A DNA stretch of 35,186 bases. Origin: Barthelona sp. PAP020 (Eukaryota). The position numbers and the translations under genes were made by a program. Shown here piece after piece: positions 20,229 to 29,644 of this stretch. The notes below the pieces were generated by a model. It was given only the letters and a program-made list of their open reading frames with translations, was not told the origin of the DNA and ran no database searches. Location: the NCBI GenBank assembly GCA_040182905.1, contig JARQWU010000093.1, positions 1 to 35,186 on the forward strand, read 5' to 3'. How positions within the stretch are numbered: the first letter of the stretch is position 1; every line of letters starts with the position of its first letter.

Positions 20229-21818
20229 CTAATCATCATCCTCATCACTCTTATCACTGTCATTATTTTCCATCTCTTCATCAATATACTGACGCATATT
20301 ACCACCATTCCTTTCATTAATGTCGACCAAATCCCAACAATAGTCGATTGACTTATCAAAATCTCTTTGATTCATGTAAACTCCATCACTGACAAATTCT
20401 CGAATGATGCCACTGCCCACATTCATTGCAACAAGAGTTGATAGAAGATAGCCCTCATTCTTCACTATTTCAATTAACTCGGATTTGGACAAGTGCTCAA
20501 ATTTCAAATCAACAGGTTCACCACTCTCTAATTGTTGCTTAAAGTTGGGGCAGCTCAAAATGCTGTATTTGTTCTTTTTCCATTGTTCATCACTTGTATA
20601 CAATCTGTTGAAAAATAACAGCATATCTTCACCATATAGGTTTATTTCGGGACAATCTAGAAGCATCTTGGCAACATCAAGATGACCTTCTTGACAACTA
20701 ATATACAATGGAGAGCAACCATCTTCATCACATTGATTGGCATCAGCTCCATGGTCTAAGAGCATCTTGGCAACATCAAGATGGCCATTTTGACAACTGA
20801 TATACAATGGAGAGCAACCATCTTCATCACATTGATTGGCATCAGTTCCATGATCCAAGAGCATTTTAGCAACATCAAGATGGCCATTTTGACAACTAAT
20901 TAACAATGTAGAAAAACCATCATTATGACACAAATTAAGATCAGCGCCATGATCCAAGAGCATTTTGACAATATCAAGATGACCTTGCTCACAACTAAGG
21001 TACAATGAAGAATTGTCATAATTCACACATAAATTAACATCAGCTCCATGATCCAAAAGCATTTTAGCAACATCAAAACTATTGTTGTAACAACTAACAG
21101 ACAAGGGAGAAAATCCATTATTCTCACATAAATTAACATCAGCACCATGATCCAACAGGATCTTGACAACATTAAGATGACCTTGTTGACAACTAATGTA
21201 CAATGGAGAAGTACCATCATTCATGCACAAATTGACAGCAGCTCCATGATCCAAGAGCATTGTAGCTACATCAAGATGAGCCTTTTCACAACTAATGTAC
21301 AATGGAGAAGCACCATCATTAATACACAAATTCACATCAGCTCCATGATCCAACAGCATTTTGGCCACATCAAGATAACCTTTTTCACAACTAATAAACA
21401 AAGGAGAGGTGCCTTCATTTATACACAAATTAATTTTAGCACCATGGTCCAAGAGAATTTTGGCAACATCAAGATGACCATTTTGACAACTAACATATAA
21501 TGGAGAAGCACCATAATTCATACTCAAATTAACATCAGCGCCAAAATCCAACAAAAACTCAACAACTTCAATTTGCCCACTTATAGCAGCTCCATACAAC
21601 GTTGTCCTTCCTTCCTTGCCCTGTTTGTTCACATCAACGCCAGTTTTGATACACTGCTTGACAACATCAAGATTACCATCACAAGCTGCATGATAAATCT
21701 TCTTTGGCCGACCATTATCTTCAAATCCATTCACATCGAACCCATCTGGAACAACAACTTGATCCATATTATACTTAACATAAAGTTCGATTTCCTGAAC
21801 TGCACGGTTAACAACCAT
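20229..21818 (-). CDS. Ankyrin-repeat protein B (11 repeats), close paralog of A
   Basis: ATG at 21818, aligned with the start of A. Caps are near-identical to A while the internal repeats differ. Confidence 0.95.
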   Translation of the reverse strand: MVVNRAVQEIELYVKYNMDQVVVPDGFDVNGFEDNGRPKKIYHAACDGNLDVVKQCIKTGVDVNKQGKEGRTTLYGAAISGQIEVVEFLLDFGADVNLSMNYGASPLYVSCQNGHLDVAKILLDHGAKINLCINEGTSPLFISCEKGYLDVAKMLLDHGADVNLCINDGASPLYISCEKAHLDVATMLLDHGAAVNLCMNDGTSPLYISCQQGHLNVVKILLDHGADVNLCENNGFSPLSVSCYNNSFDVAKMLLDHGADVNLCVNYDNSSLYLSCEQGHLDIVKMLLDHGADLNLCHNDGFSTLLISCQNGHLDVAKMLLDHGTDANQCDEDGCSPLYISCQNGHLDVAKMLLDHGADANQCDEDGCSPLYISCQEGHLDVAKMLLDCPEINLYGEDMLLFFNRLYTSDEQWKKNKYSILSCPNFKQQLESGEPVDLKFEHLSKSELIEIVKNEGYLLSTLVAMNVGSGIIREFVSDGVYMNQRDFDKSIDYCWDLVDINERNGGNMRQYIDEEMENNDSDKSDEDDD

Positions 21819-22676
21819 TGTTGGTAAAAAGAGAAAATAAAGAAAGTAAAAATTCTTTGGATTTTTTCCCATCAAATCAAACATTATTTTGAAGTAGTCG
21901 GTGTCAAAATGAAATTCGATGATTATTTAGACTTGTTTATGGAAAACTTTTCCATGAATTCTTCAACTCTTTCTTGAGATGTCCTTTTTCGATTTGATGA
22001 CACAGTTGTGCTTCGATATTGATTTAAACATTGTGAAAGTTCATCCTAATGTTGTTTTTTCTAATATTTTTTGTCGAAAGACATGTTCCAATTCTTTTTA
22101 CAGATTTGTTGATTTAGATTCTTTTCTTGTGTTGAAGATATCTTTTTCATTTTCTCCTCAATAAGAGTCTCTAGAGTTGGTTGTGTGTAACAACCTTCAA
22201 GTCAAATAAATAGAAGCCGTATCATTTATAATTAATATTTTTTGTTCTAAAGTGGTTTAAAAATTTATCAAACCAATCCATCTATTTGTAATAAAAAGCC
22301 TGGAAAAACTCATTTTGAGAATTTCAATCAAAAGAAATGACCAACTGTGATTAAATCTTGTGATTAAATATGAAAATTTTAGCTTGCTTGTGAAATGGTC
22401 TTGATAAAAGAAACTGAATCCAGTAAACTTATTGGAATTAGTCAAAATCCTCTAGCAAGAGGAATTTTGAGGCTAAAATTTGTTTTTGAGGATCAAATAT
22501 GAAAATTTCAGTGAAATATTCTTTTAGTAAAAACAAAATTCATGTTAACAGATTAATCGGGCCTTGAAAGTTTTTAACCAAATAAACGCTATTTTTTCTT
22601 ATTCACTCATCAATGCTCCTTGGCCTGGAAATAATAGTGTTCAATTAAACAACTATTTCTGAATTTTTGAAAGAGT

Positions 22677-23021
22677 GTGCCCTGCAAACTTATTTTGAAA
22701 AATTTGGTGTGTGAACGTTGTAAAAGTGATGTTATTAAGGTTTATTCGATAGTCCCTGAATATGTCTCCATACATCAATTGAAACTCATTGAATTGTCAA
22801 AGAATGATGACTGTGTATTATTCAATTCTATTGATGAAAATATGGACATTCAAATCATCAGAAGTTTGTTAAGTGCGGGTATTTGCATGAATCAAGAAGA
22901 GTATAAAATGATTGTTGCCACATGTTGGGATTTGATTGACATTAACGAAATAAATGGTTGTAACATGTATCTATTTATGAATGAAGAAATCGACCACAGT
23001 GACAATGAGGATGATGATTAG
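22677..23021 (+). pseudogene. 5'-truncated remnant encoding the shared C-terminal domain (WD40-type subfamily)
   Basis: KLIELSKND...IIRSLLSAGICMNQEEYKMIVATCWDLIDINEINGCNMYLFMNEEIDHSDNEDDD aligns with the ankyrin C-termini. It is preceded by LVCERC..V..VYSIV, as in the 34.6 kb pseudogene. There is no ATG before the domain. Confidence 0.8.
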
Positions 23022-23083
23022 GTAGTTATTTTTTGTTCATTCAGAAATAAGCATTGAAACATAGATCAATTGGTGTATTGTGA

Positions 23084-23275
23084 TTAAACTGTTAATACTG
23101 GGTTTTTTAAAGTTCCAATTAATTTTGCAAATATGATCAAGTCGTATTTTGTGTTCACAATGAACACTTTTTGAACCTCACGAAAACCATTTAAATTATA
23201 CAAAACAATAAAGCCATCACCAGACATAATCAGCAAAATAGTGGGTGTTACAAAATTACAAAATGAAGAGGTCAT
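23084..23275 (-). pseudogene. Inverted WD40-like fragment homologous to 34.44-34.53 kb
   Basis: FVTPTILLIMSGDGFIVLYNLNGFREVQKV aligns with LFNPCHLIVTFDDGCLM*YNMENFQEIQRI on the + strand at ~34437-34530. Confidence 0.55.
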
Positions 23276-23457
23276 GCTTCACCACCCATATCCATTGTGA
23301 GAAGAGGTGACCGGTCATCTCATCCATATAAAGGTTGGTACATTATTTTAAAAAGAACCAACGGAGAAGATACAAAAACCCTTGTGGTTAGAAAAAAGAA
23401 AACTATTTCTTTTATTGATAAATTGTGAATCATATTTTCGTTGTTCAGCAAAAACAC

Positions 23458-26400
23458 TTACAATTCCTTGATATAATCAAGCATTTTTTCAGAAAATGCA
23501 CTGATTGTACGGTCATAAGACCTCAAACTAGAAACGAATTCTTCAATTGTTTCTACTGCAATTTTTAAACAATTGTTGAAGTATGAACTCTTCAGAATTC
23601 TAAATAACAGTAAAATTGACTTTTCTGCAGACATTATCGCCAGATTGGCATCCGATCTATCAGCCTTTGAATTAGATAATATGATTTCCGGTATCAAGCT
23701 TGCAGATGTGTGAGGTGATAATGAAACTGATTTGCTACTGTGGGTATTCTCTAAAGTAGAAGTTTTTGCAGGAGAACCACCCAAAATTTGAATTGCTATT
23801 TTGATTACCGATATCAAACAACCAAGTGGTGGTTTCTTTCCTTGAGTAGGTTTGTAATTAAAGGTAGCAATTGTATTATCAAAGAAACTTGCTGCTGATG
23901 GAGAAAGCAATATATCAATTCTAGAAACAGAAAGTTCCCCAACAGGAGGTATGGATGTTGCATTAACAAAGTATGATAACAAACAATTAATAAGAACACG
24001 TATTTGATTGTCAATTTTTGCTAATTTTTCATCTGTAATATCATTGTCTTTTTCATCTGTCAAATTGAATATTTTGGTTCGTTTAACAATAGGTGAACAA
24101 ATGATAACAATACATTGATGAAAAAGAGTTAAAAGGAATGAAGAAATAACGCCAAACATGTTACTTTGTTGATCATAATTATCTAAAATGGCTTTGTGTT
24201 GAGGATTAGTGATAAGCATTGAAAATAATGAAGTGATTGATATAGCATTATCAATGTCTGAAGATCTGATGTTTTCAGCAAAGACGAGGTATTTGCTGAG
24301 GGTATTCCAATGTAAAGTTAAGAATTTCATTATTTCATCGGTGATCTTAAGTGTTAAAATAAGACTACTTAAAATAGAGATAATTTTAAGTTCATTGTGT
24401 TCAACATATGAATCAAGACACTCTAAATTTGCATTTAACATTTCAGCAAAATCTTTTGCCCTTGCTAAAACAATCATCAAATCAAATATACTATTTAAAT
24501 CTTCTCTCACCTCAAAATCATCATTAACAAGCAAATAATTCAATAAATTCGATAATAACTTCGAATCCTCATATAAAACTTTCATTTCATCAATCTTTAA
24601 ACCTTCACAACCATTAGCACTTAAAATTAATTGACAGATCAATGGAATAAACTCTGTTTTATTAATCATTAATTCTCTTATCAAATATCTAAACAATCGT
24701 TCCTTCGTTTTCGATCTTCCAGTCATATTTTTCATAGTACCAGGTGTAAAAGGAGTTTGAGGTGGGGGATTTGGAGTCATTCCAGTTACATTCATTCCAC
24801 GTATAGGCGTGTTGTTTCCAACACTAATAATTGAATGATAAGTTGGTTTGACTTTTGAAGACCTCAATAAATAGTTAGTTGTTGATTTTAAACTTCTTTC
24901 TAAAAGGCTTTTATCTTGATTTAGTTTGACTTCCTCCAATATCAAATGTTGAAAGTTTAAAAGATATTCATAATTAGATTCATTGATCAATTCTTCATCA
25001 CAAAAGAAATCAAAAAGATTAACCAAGACATGATAAATCTCAATATAAATTTCAGCATTGTTTAAAGAAAGTACTTTCGAACAATCATTAATATTTCTAA
25101 GCAAAGTTTCCAAAATTTCTGTATTTTTCAAACATTTTGAAAGTTTAAAACTTTTTGGTAAAATTCTGCAAACATTCATCAAATCTTTGAGGAAGGCTAA
25201 TCTTATGTCTATATTAGCTGCATTTTCCAATTCAAACTCAAAAACATCAAGATTTACATTGAAAATGTATTGAATGAATGAATCTTGAATGATAGTAAGT
25301 GAATTGGCAAAAAAATTATTTAAGATTTCACCAACACCATTTGGAAAGGTATTAGTTGAATTGAAGTAATTGGTAATGATTTTAAATGAAATTGCTTGTG
25401 CTTTCAGCAAAATGTTATAATAATTCTCAGCAACAGTTAATTCTTCATAACAAGGTTTTTCAGTAATATCCAAACATAAAGCTTGCAGAACACAATTCCA
25501 AAAATCAACTGTATTGCTCAAAAGATTAATAACTGAGATATAATGTTCATTAGCAAATAGATTAGCAAAAAACTCCAAAATCAATGGAATTAATTCATTT
25601 CTTTTATCAAGGTATTCATTTGAAAAGCCTCTACTGATTAAAGTAATCAAAGATCTAATGATTGGAAAAGAGTTCCATAAAGAATCATCGAAAGTGATTG
25701 ATTCTTGATCTTTCACATTTGTTATTTCCAAAATTTGTTTTGCAAATATGGGATGAAATTCCAAACATCGATTTAGACACTGAATACACATACATTGAGT
25801 GTCAATCTCTTTAATCAAAGGATTGAAGTAAAAAAGAAAAATATTGCTGAAAACTTTAACATTATTGATAAGAATACTGCTCGTATCATTGAAAGATGAT
25901 ATTATTACAAAATAATAGCTTAAAACTTCAAAAATATTCGCCTTAACTTTCATGCTCAAATCAGAATTCAACAACTGTTGAATTTCCAATGCTAAAAAAG
26001 GTATATTGAACAACTTATCAATCAACAAATTATTTTCAACTGTTTTACCTGTATTATTGTTGTTATTCACACAAATAATTAAATTCATCGAATATTTCAA
26101 TAAAATATTCAAAACTTTCAAACTATTTTCATCACAAACATTAGGTGTGGTGATTACTTTTATCAGATGATTGATAAAGGTATAATCTTGTAAAAGATAT
26201 TTACATATGCTATCTTTTTTGCTCATAAACTCAAAAAGAAGTTCAAAGAAGTTTGCTGATTGACTTTCTATCTCAGTTTCATTCTCAATTGATATCTTTT
26301 GTATCAAAACTGAGATTAAACTAAAAATACCCTCTTCATTTGTATTGGTGGTTGAATTCACAATATCTTGCTCAAGCAAAATATTAAACGCTAACTTGAA

Positions 26401-27855
26401 TGTTGGATTCAACAATTCATCATAATATTCACATTCTCTAGCAAATCTCTCCAGTAAACAAGGATCATTGACCAAAAGCCAGTTGATCAAATCGTTGCTG
26501 TTGTTGATCAAAATCAGTTCACCAACCAAATCTAACAATTTCGCTAAACCCATCAAACAGCTAGAATCAGTCTGTAATCTATTGTATAAAGCCTCCGTCA
26601 AACTTCTTAGCATATTTTTAAAGTCTCCTAAGCTTGAAATGCTCATGCCAAATTGTTCCAACAAAGTTGCTTCTGTATCATAGTCAGACATATTCAAATA
26701 TTTAACAAGCTTGTAAAGAAACTCCAAAGCCAAAGATGTTGTTTGAAAAACCATGTTTCCTGCAAGATCATCCAAGGGATCGATCAAAAAGCCCAACAAA
26801 GGAGCCCACATTGGAGCACTGACACCCCATTGAACATATTCAATATTTGCTATATCAGGCGCAATGAGACTCAAAGACGGTATCTTAAGCATCCGACCCT
26901 TTGACCCCTCTGGAATAATGATGTTGGCAAATTGATATGACTCTATGCAAACAACTTCCTTCACATCATCAACAAACCTGGCTTCTACATGTGTTTTCCC
27001 ATCTACATCATAATGAGGACATGTGATAGAATCAACTGCCCTCATAAAACTAAAAGTGCGCAAATAAACATCCTCTTGAAGCTCTTTATCATCTAAATCA
27101 GAAGGGATGGATGACAGCAAACATGTTACGGGAATAGGGTTGATTGGAAACGCACCAATTGCCAAATCTAACAACACATACAAAGGTCCTTCACTAAAAC
27201 TATCAACTTCAGGCATGATGTGACAATAAATAGAACTATCTATTTGAACTAACGTCTTAGCTATCTCACAAGCCTCAATTAACCAGCCTTGACAAATATA
27301 ATCGTTCAAAGTATCATACACTAAAATTAGAAAATATTCAATTGTGTTTGCTATGTGAATTTTACTGATAAATTTGTGACACGCCAAATTTCGAAGAGGG
27401 GATATCAACCAAGGTAATGGTGATGAAGCAACCTCTAAAAAACGTTTACATTCTTCAACAAACGTTTCAACAACTGTAGATTGATCTTCATGACACAAAA
27501 TACAATAAAAGAATAGCCTAAACAATTGAAAATATATTGCATAATCATTAGGCCCAAATAGCTTCAATAACTCTTTAAATTCACCAATTAGTGCATCATC
27601 ATTTACCCAAAATAATCCATCATCTTTGAAAAACAACTTTAACACAGAAGAAAACAAATATAACAAATGAATATCTTTGAAATCATTTTCTTCTTCATTT
27701 TCAACAATAAATTTAATTCGTTCAACAATTTTTTGAAACATAACAAGACGATTCTTTTTTGTCATTGAATCATCTTCAATCATTCTGTATATAGTTGCAA
27801 AAGAACGTTCATATATAACATTATCTAATAAAGACTGATTATTAGATTTCGTCAT
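23458..27855 (-). CDS. NUP188: Nucleoporin Nup188 (large alpha-solenoid)
   Basis: ATG at 27855; helical throughout. LLDLAIGAFPINPIPVTCLLSSI and IPEGSKGRM...YVQWGVSAPMW match the Nup188 FP...P...LL block and its SH3-like insertion (IP.GT.G....VRW.Y.YS.W). Confidence 0.7.
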   Translation of the reverse strand: MTKSNNQSLLDNVIYERSFATIYRMIEDDSMTKKNRLVMFQKIVERIKFIVENEEENDFKDIHLLYLFSSVLKLFFKDDGLFWVNDDALIGEFKELLKLFGPNDYAIYFQLFRLFFYCILCHEDQSTVVETFVEECKRFLEVASSPLPWLISPLRNLACHKFISKIHIANTIEYFLILVYDTLNDYICQGWLIEACEIAKTLVQIDSSIYCHIMPEVDSFSEGPLYVLLDLAIGAFPINPIPVTCLLSSIPSDLDDKELQEDVYLRTFSFMRAVDSITCPHYDVDGKTHVEARFVDDVKEVVCIESYQFANIIIPEGSKGRMLKIPSLSLIAPDIANIEYVQWGVSAPMWAPLLGFLIDPLDDLAGNMVFQTTSLALEFLYKLVKYLNMSDYDTEATLLEQFGMSISSLGDFKNMLRSLTEALYNRLQTDSSCLMGLAKLLDLVGELILINNSNDLINWLLVNDPCLLERFARECEYYDELLNPTFKLAFNILLEQDIVNSTTNTNEEGIFSLISVLIQKISIENETEIESQSANFFELLFEFMSKKDSICKYLLQDYTFINHLIKVITTPNVCDENSLKVLNILLKYSMNLIICVNNNNNTGKTVENNLLIDKLFNIPFLALEIQQLLNSDLSMKVKANIFEVLSYYFVIISSFNDTSSILINNVKVFSNIFLFYFNPLIKEIDTQCMCIQCLNRCLEFHPIFAKQILEITNVKDQESITFDDSLWNSFPIIRSLITLISRGFSNEYLDKRNELIPLILEFFANLFANEHYISVINLLSNTVDFWNCVLQALCLDITEKPCYEELTVAENYYNILLKAQAISFKIITNYFNSTNTFPNGVGEILNNFFANSLTIIQDSFIQYIFNVNLDVFEFELENAANIDIRLAFLKDLMNVCRILPKSFKLSKCLKNTEILETLLRNINDCSKVLSLNNAEIYIEIYHVLVNLFDFFCDEELINESNYEYLLNFQHLILEEVKLNQDKSLLERSLKSTTNYLLRSSKVKPTYHSIISVGNNTPIRGMNVTGMTPNPPPQTPFTPGTMKNMTGRSKTKERLFRYLIRELMINKTEFIPLICQLILSANGCEGLKIDEMKVLYEDSKLLSNLLNYLLVNDDFEVREDLNSIFDLMIVLARAKDFAEMLNANLECLDSYVEHNELKIISILSSLILTLKITDEIMKFLTLHWNTLSKYLVFAENIRSSDIDNAISITSLFSMLITNPQHKAILDNYDQQSNMFGVISSFLLTLFHQCIVIICSPIVKRTKIFNLTDEKDNDITDEKLAKIDNQIRVLINCLLSYFVNATSIPPVGELSVSRIDILLSPSAASFFDNTIATFNYKPTQGKKPPLGCLISVIKIAIQILGGSPAKTSTLENTHSSKSVSLSPHTSASLIPEIILSNSKADRSDANLAIMSAEKSILLLFRILKSSYFNNCLKIAVETIEEFVSSLRSYDRTISAFSEKMLDYIKEL

Positions 27856-27900
27856 CAAGATGTCAAATGTAAAAGAAAGAAATTTCTTTTTATCTAAATT
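27856..27900. promoter_or_regulatory. 45-bp divergent intergenic region (putative bidirectional promoter)
   Basis: Lies between the ATG of Nup188 (-) and the ATG of syntaxin-6 (+). Contains the near-palindrome aaagaaagaaatttcttttt. Confidence 0.5.
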
Positions 27901-28620
27901 ATGTCACAAGATCCTTTTCCACAAGTAAAAGCGGAGGTTGAAAGTGAGCTAATCGAATTAAATTCATTGTTTGAAAGATATTCACATCTCTCTTCCTTGG
28001 GTGTATTGAATAATGAGTCAAGTCGAATTTTGCATGAATTGAAAACAAAAATTGAACCTTTTGGTGATACAGTAGAAGCTTTAGATACAGCTATTTATCA
28101 TATTGAAAATAATCGTTCAAGATATATCGAAATTGATGATGAAATGCTTACAGAAAGAAAAAAGTTTATTAAATCATGTAAATCACAGTTTAGAGATATA
28201 AAAAGAGGATTAGATGACATTCATTCAGGTTCAATTACCCCTACTAACGTTCAAAAAGCTCATTTATCCGTTGAAGATAAATTTAAGAAGGAAGTCGAGA
28301 AAGATAATCAAAATTATTTGGATAATTTTGAGGGTCAATTGATGGAAGAAATGAATCAACAAGATACTCAGGCTGAAATGTTGTTAAAAATGACCAGAGA
28401 ATTGGGTGAAATCACTTTAGCTATTTCTGATGAAATAGACATGTTGGATGACACTGTTGAAGTTGTAAATGAAAGAATATTTGTTACAAATCGTCGAATG
28501 GACAAAATGGATGTATTTATGGAAAAAATTTTGAATACCTCTGATACCAAAAAGGGTATTGTAGCCATTGTATTGTTTATTTTTACTTTGTTCCTTATAT
28601 ATAAAATGTTGATTGGTTAA
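27901..28620 (+). CDS. STX6: Syntaxin-6/Tlg1/SYP61-like Qc-SNARE
   Basis: N-terminal DPF..VK.EV motif and L...I...ENN..RY.I...E..ERK.FI (Syntaxin-6_N), a SNARE motif starting QQDTQ, and a C-terminal TM anchor. Confidence 0.9.
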   Translation: MSQDPFPQVKAEVESELIELNSLFERYSHLSSLGVLNNESSRILHELKTKIEPFGDTVEALDTAIYHIENNRSRYIEIDDEMLTERKKFIKSCKSQFRDIKRGLDDIHSGSITPTNVQKAHLSVEDKFKKEVEKDNQNYLDNFEGQLMEEMNQQDTQAEMLLKMTRELGEITLAISDEIDMLDDTVEVVNERIFVTNRRMDKMDVFMEKILNTSDTKKGIVAIVLFIFTLFLIYKMLIG

Positions 28621-28651
28621 TTTTTTTTTTCCAATAATTTTATTTTTATGC

Positions 28652-29380
28652 ATGAATAATGATATAACTTACGATACCATTCCTTCAGATGTGATTGAAT
28701 TAAAAGAATATTTGAAAGATGTATTGAAAAAGAATCCCAATTCTTTTCATTATTTCAAAGCTGTTGCTTCATCAGGTTTGGATCAACCTTATTGGAACTT
28801 AGTTCTCCAAATAATAGAAGAACTTGAAAATAAGGATTCAATTGTTGAAAATCCCAGCATTCCTAATTTTAAATATCATAGATATCAAGTCACAACACCA
28901 CGATTCAAAGAATGGGATGAACCATATTCTGATGCTCCATTTTCTTCTCAAGGTTTTGGGAAAATGCCACAAATGTCTAATTTCGTTGTTATTGGATATG
29001 AATGGCATGATTATAATCTAAAACATTACAACAAAAATAATCCTCCACCAAATGTTGTGTATGGTTTCAGGTTTAATATACACTATTTAGGTTATGATAA
29101 TACCAAAAATCCACCTGAATTTTACTTACAAACAAAAGAACAATATAAAGAAAATTCAAACATAAAAATTAATCCTTTACAAAGACGTGTGAGTATAAAA
29201 TATTTTGATGAGACTTTGATGATTGTTTTCAAAAGTTTTGATGAGAGTTTCCGAAATATTGCGTTTGAAATTCCAAATAGAGATTGGGAAATAAATAAAG
29301 CAAGAGGATATTTAGTTTCTTTCAGAAATGACACATTTTCAGTTTATTTTACATTCAAAAAGTCTTTTTTCAGACGATAA
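28652..29380 (+). CDS. CACTIN: Cactin, reduced (mainly the CactinC domain); spliceosome-associated
   Basis: First ATG is 28652. GYEWHDYNLKHYNKNNPPPNVVYGFRFNIHY...IAFEIPNRDWE...GY...F....F.VYFTFKK..FRR matches the Cactin C-terminus (GFEWNKYNQTHYDFDNPPPKIVQGYKFNIFY...IAFKIVNREWE...YRR). Confidence 0.9.
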   Translation: MNNDITYDTIPSDVIELKEYLKDVLKKNPNSFHYFKAVASSGLDQPYWNLVLQIIEELENKDSIVENPSIPNFKYHRYQVTTPRFKEWDEPYSDAPFSSQGFGKMPQMSNFVVIGYEWHDYNLKHYNKNNPPPNVVYGFRFNIHYLGYDNTKNPPEFYLQTKEQYKENSNIKINPLQRRVSIKYFDETLMIVFKSFDESFRNIAFEIPNRDWEINKARGYLVSFRNDTFSVYFTFKKSFFRR

Positions 29381-29644
29381 ATTTTTGATTTATTCCAATA
29401 AATGATTATTTCTTCTTTTATTATTTGTTTTTAGATAAAATTATCAAAAGATTTGTTTATATAGACATCTTCAATCTCTTTTAAACATAAAAAAATAGAT
29501 TCCCTTATTTATTCCTTTTTGTGTTTTAAATTCAGGATCTAAACATAAAAAACGAATGAAATTTCAATCAATCAATAAAAACGGATAAAAGAATTTCACA
29601 CATGACAAATTTTTTTTTCAATTTATTGATTAAATTGGTGAATT

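Larger units (their letters stand above)
16230..22640. repeat. Tandem segmental duplication, ~3.0-3.1 kb period (two units plus the start of a third), each full unit carrying an ankyrin gene
   Basis: Anchor aacagat[c/t]aatcgggcc occurs at ~16454, ~19544 and ~22547. Both the 3' flanks (16.4-17.1 vs 19.5-20.2 kb) and the 5' flanks (18.82-19.26 vs 21.9-22.25 kb) align. Confidence 0.9.

Noticed and set aside
17500..21720. Diversity-generating retroelement or CRISPR-like explanation for ankyrin variability
   Set aside because: No reverse transcriptase, no non-coding template repeat and no evident adenine-specific bias. The 99-bp periodicity is in-frame coding repeat.
8623..28652. TTG/GTG starts in the ORF track (10074, 11817, 11746, 18736, 27858, 28613) and the upstream extension of ankyrin B to 21884
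   Set aside because: Eukaryotic context. The extensions are AT-rich UTR-like sequence and some overlap neighbours, so downstream ATGs were used.
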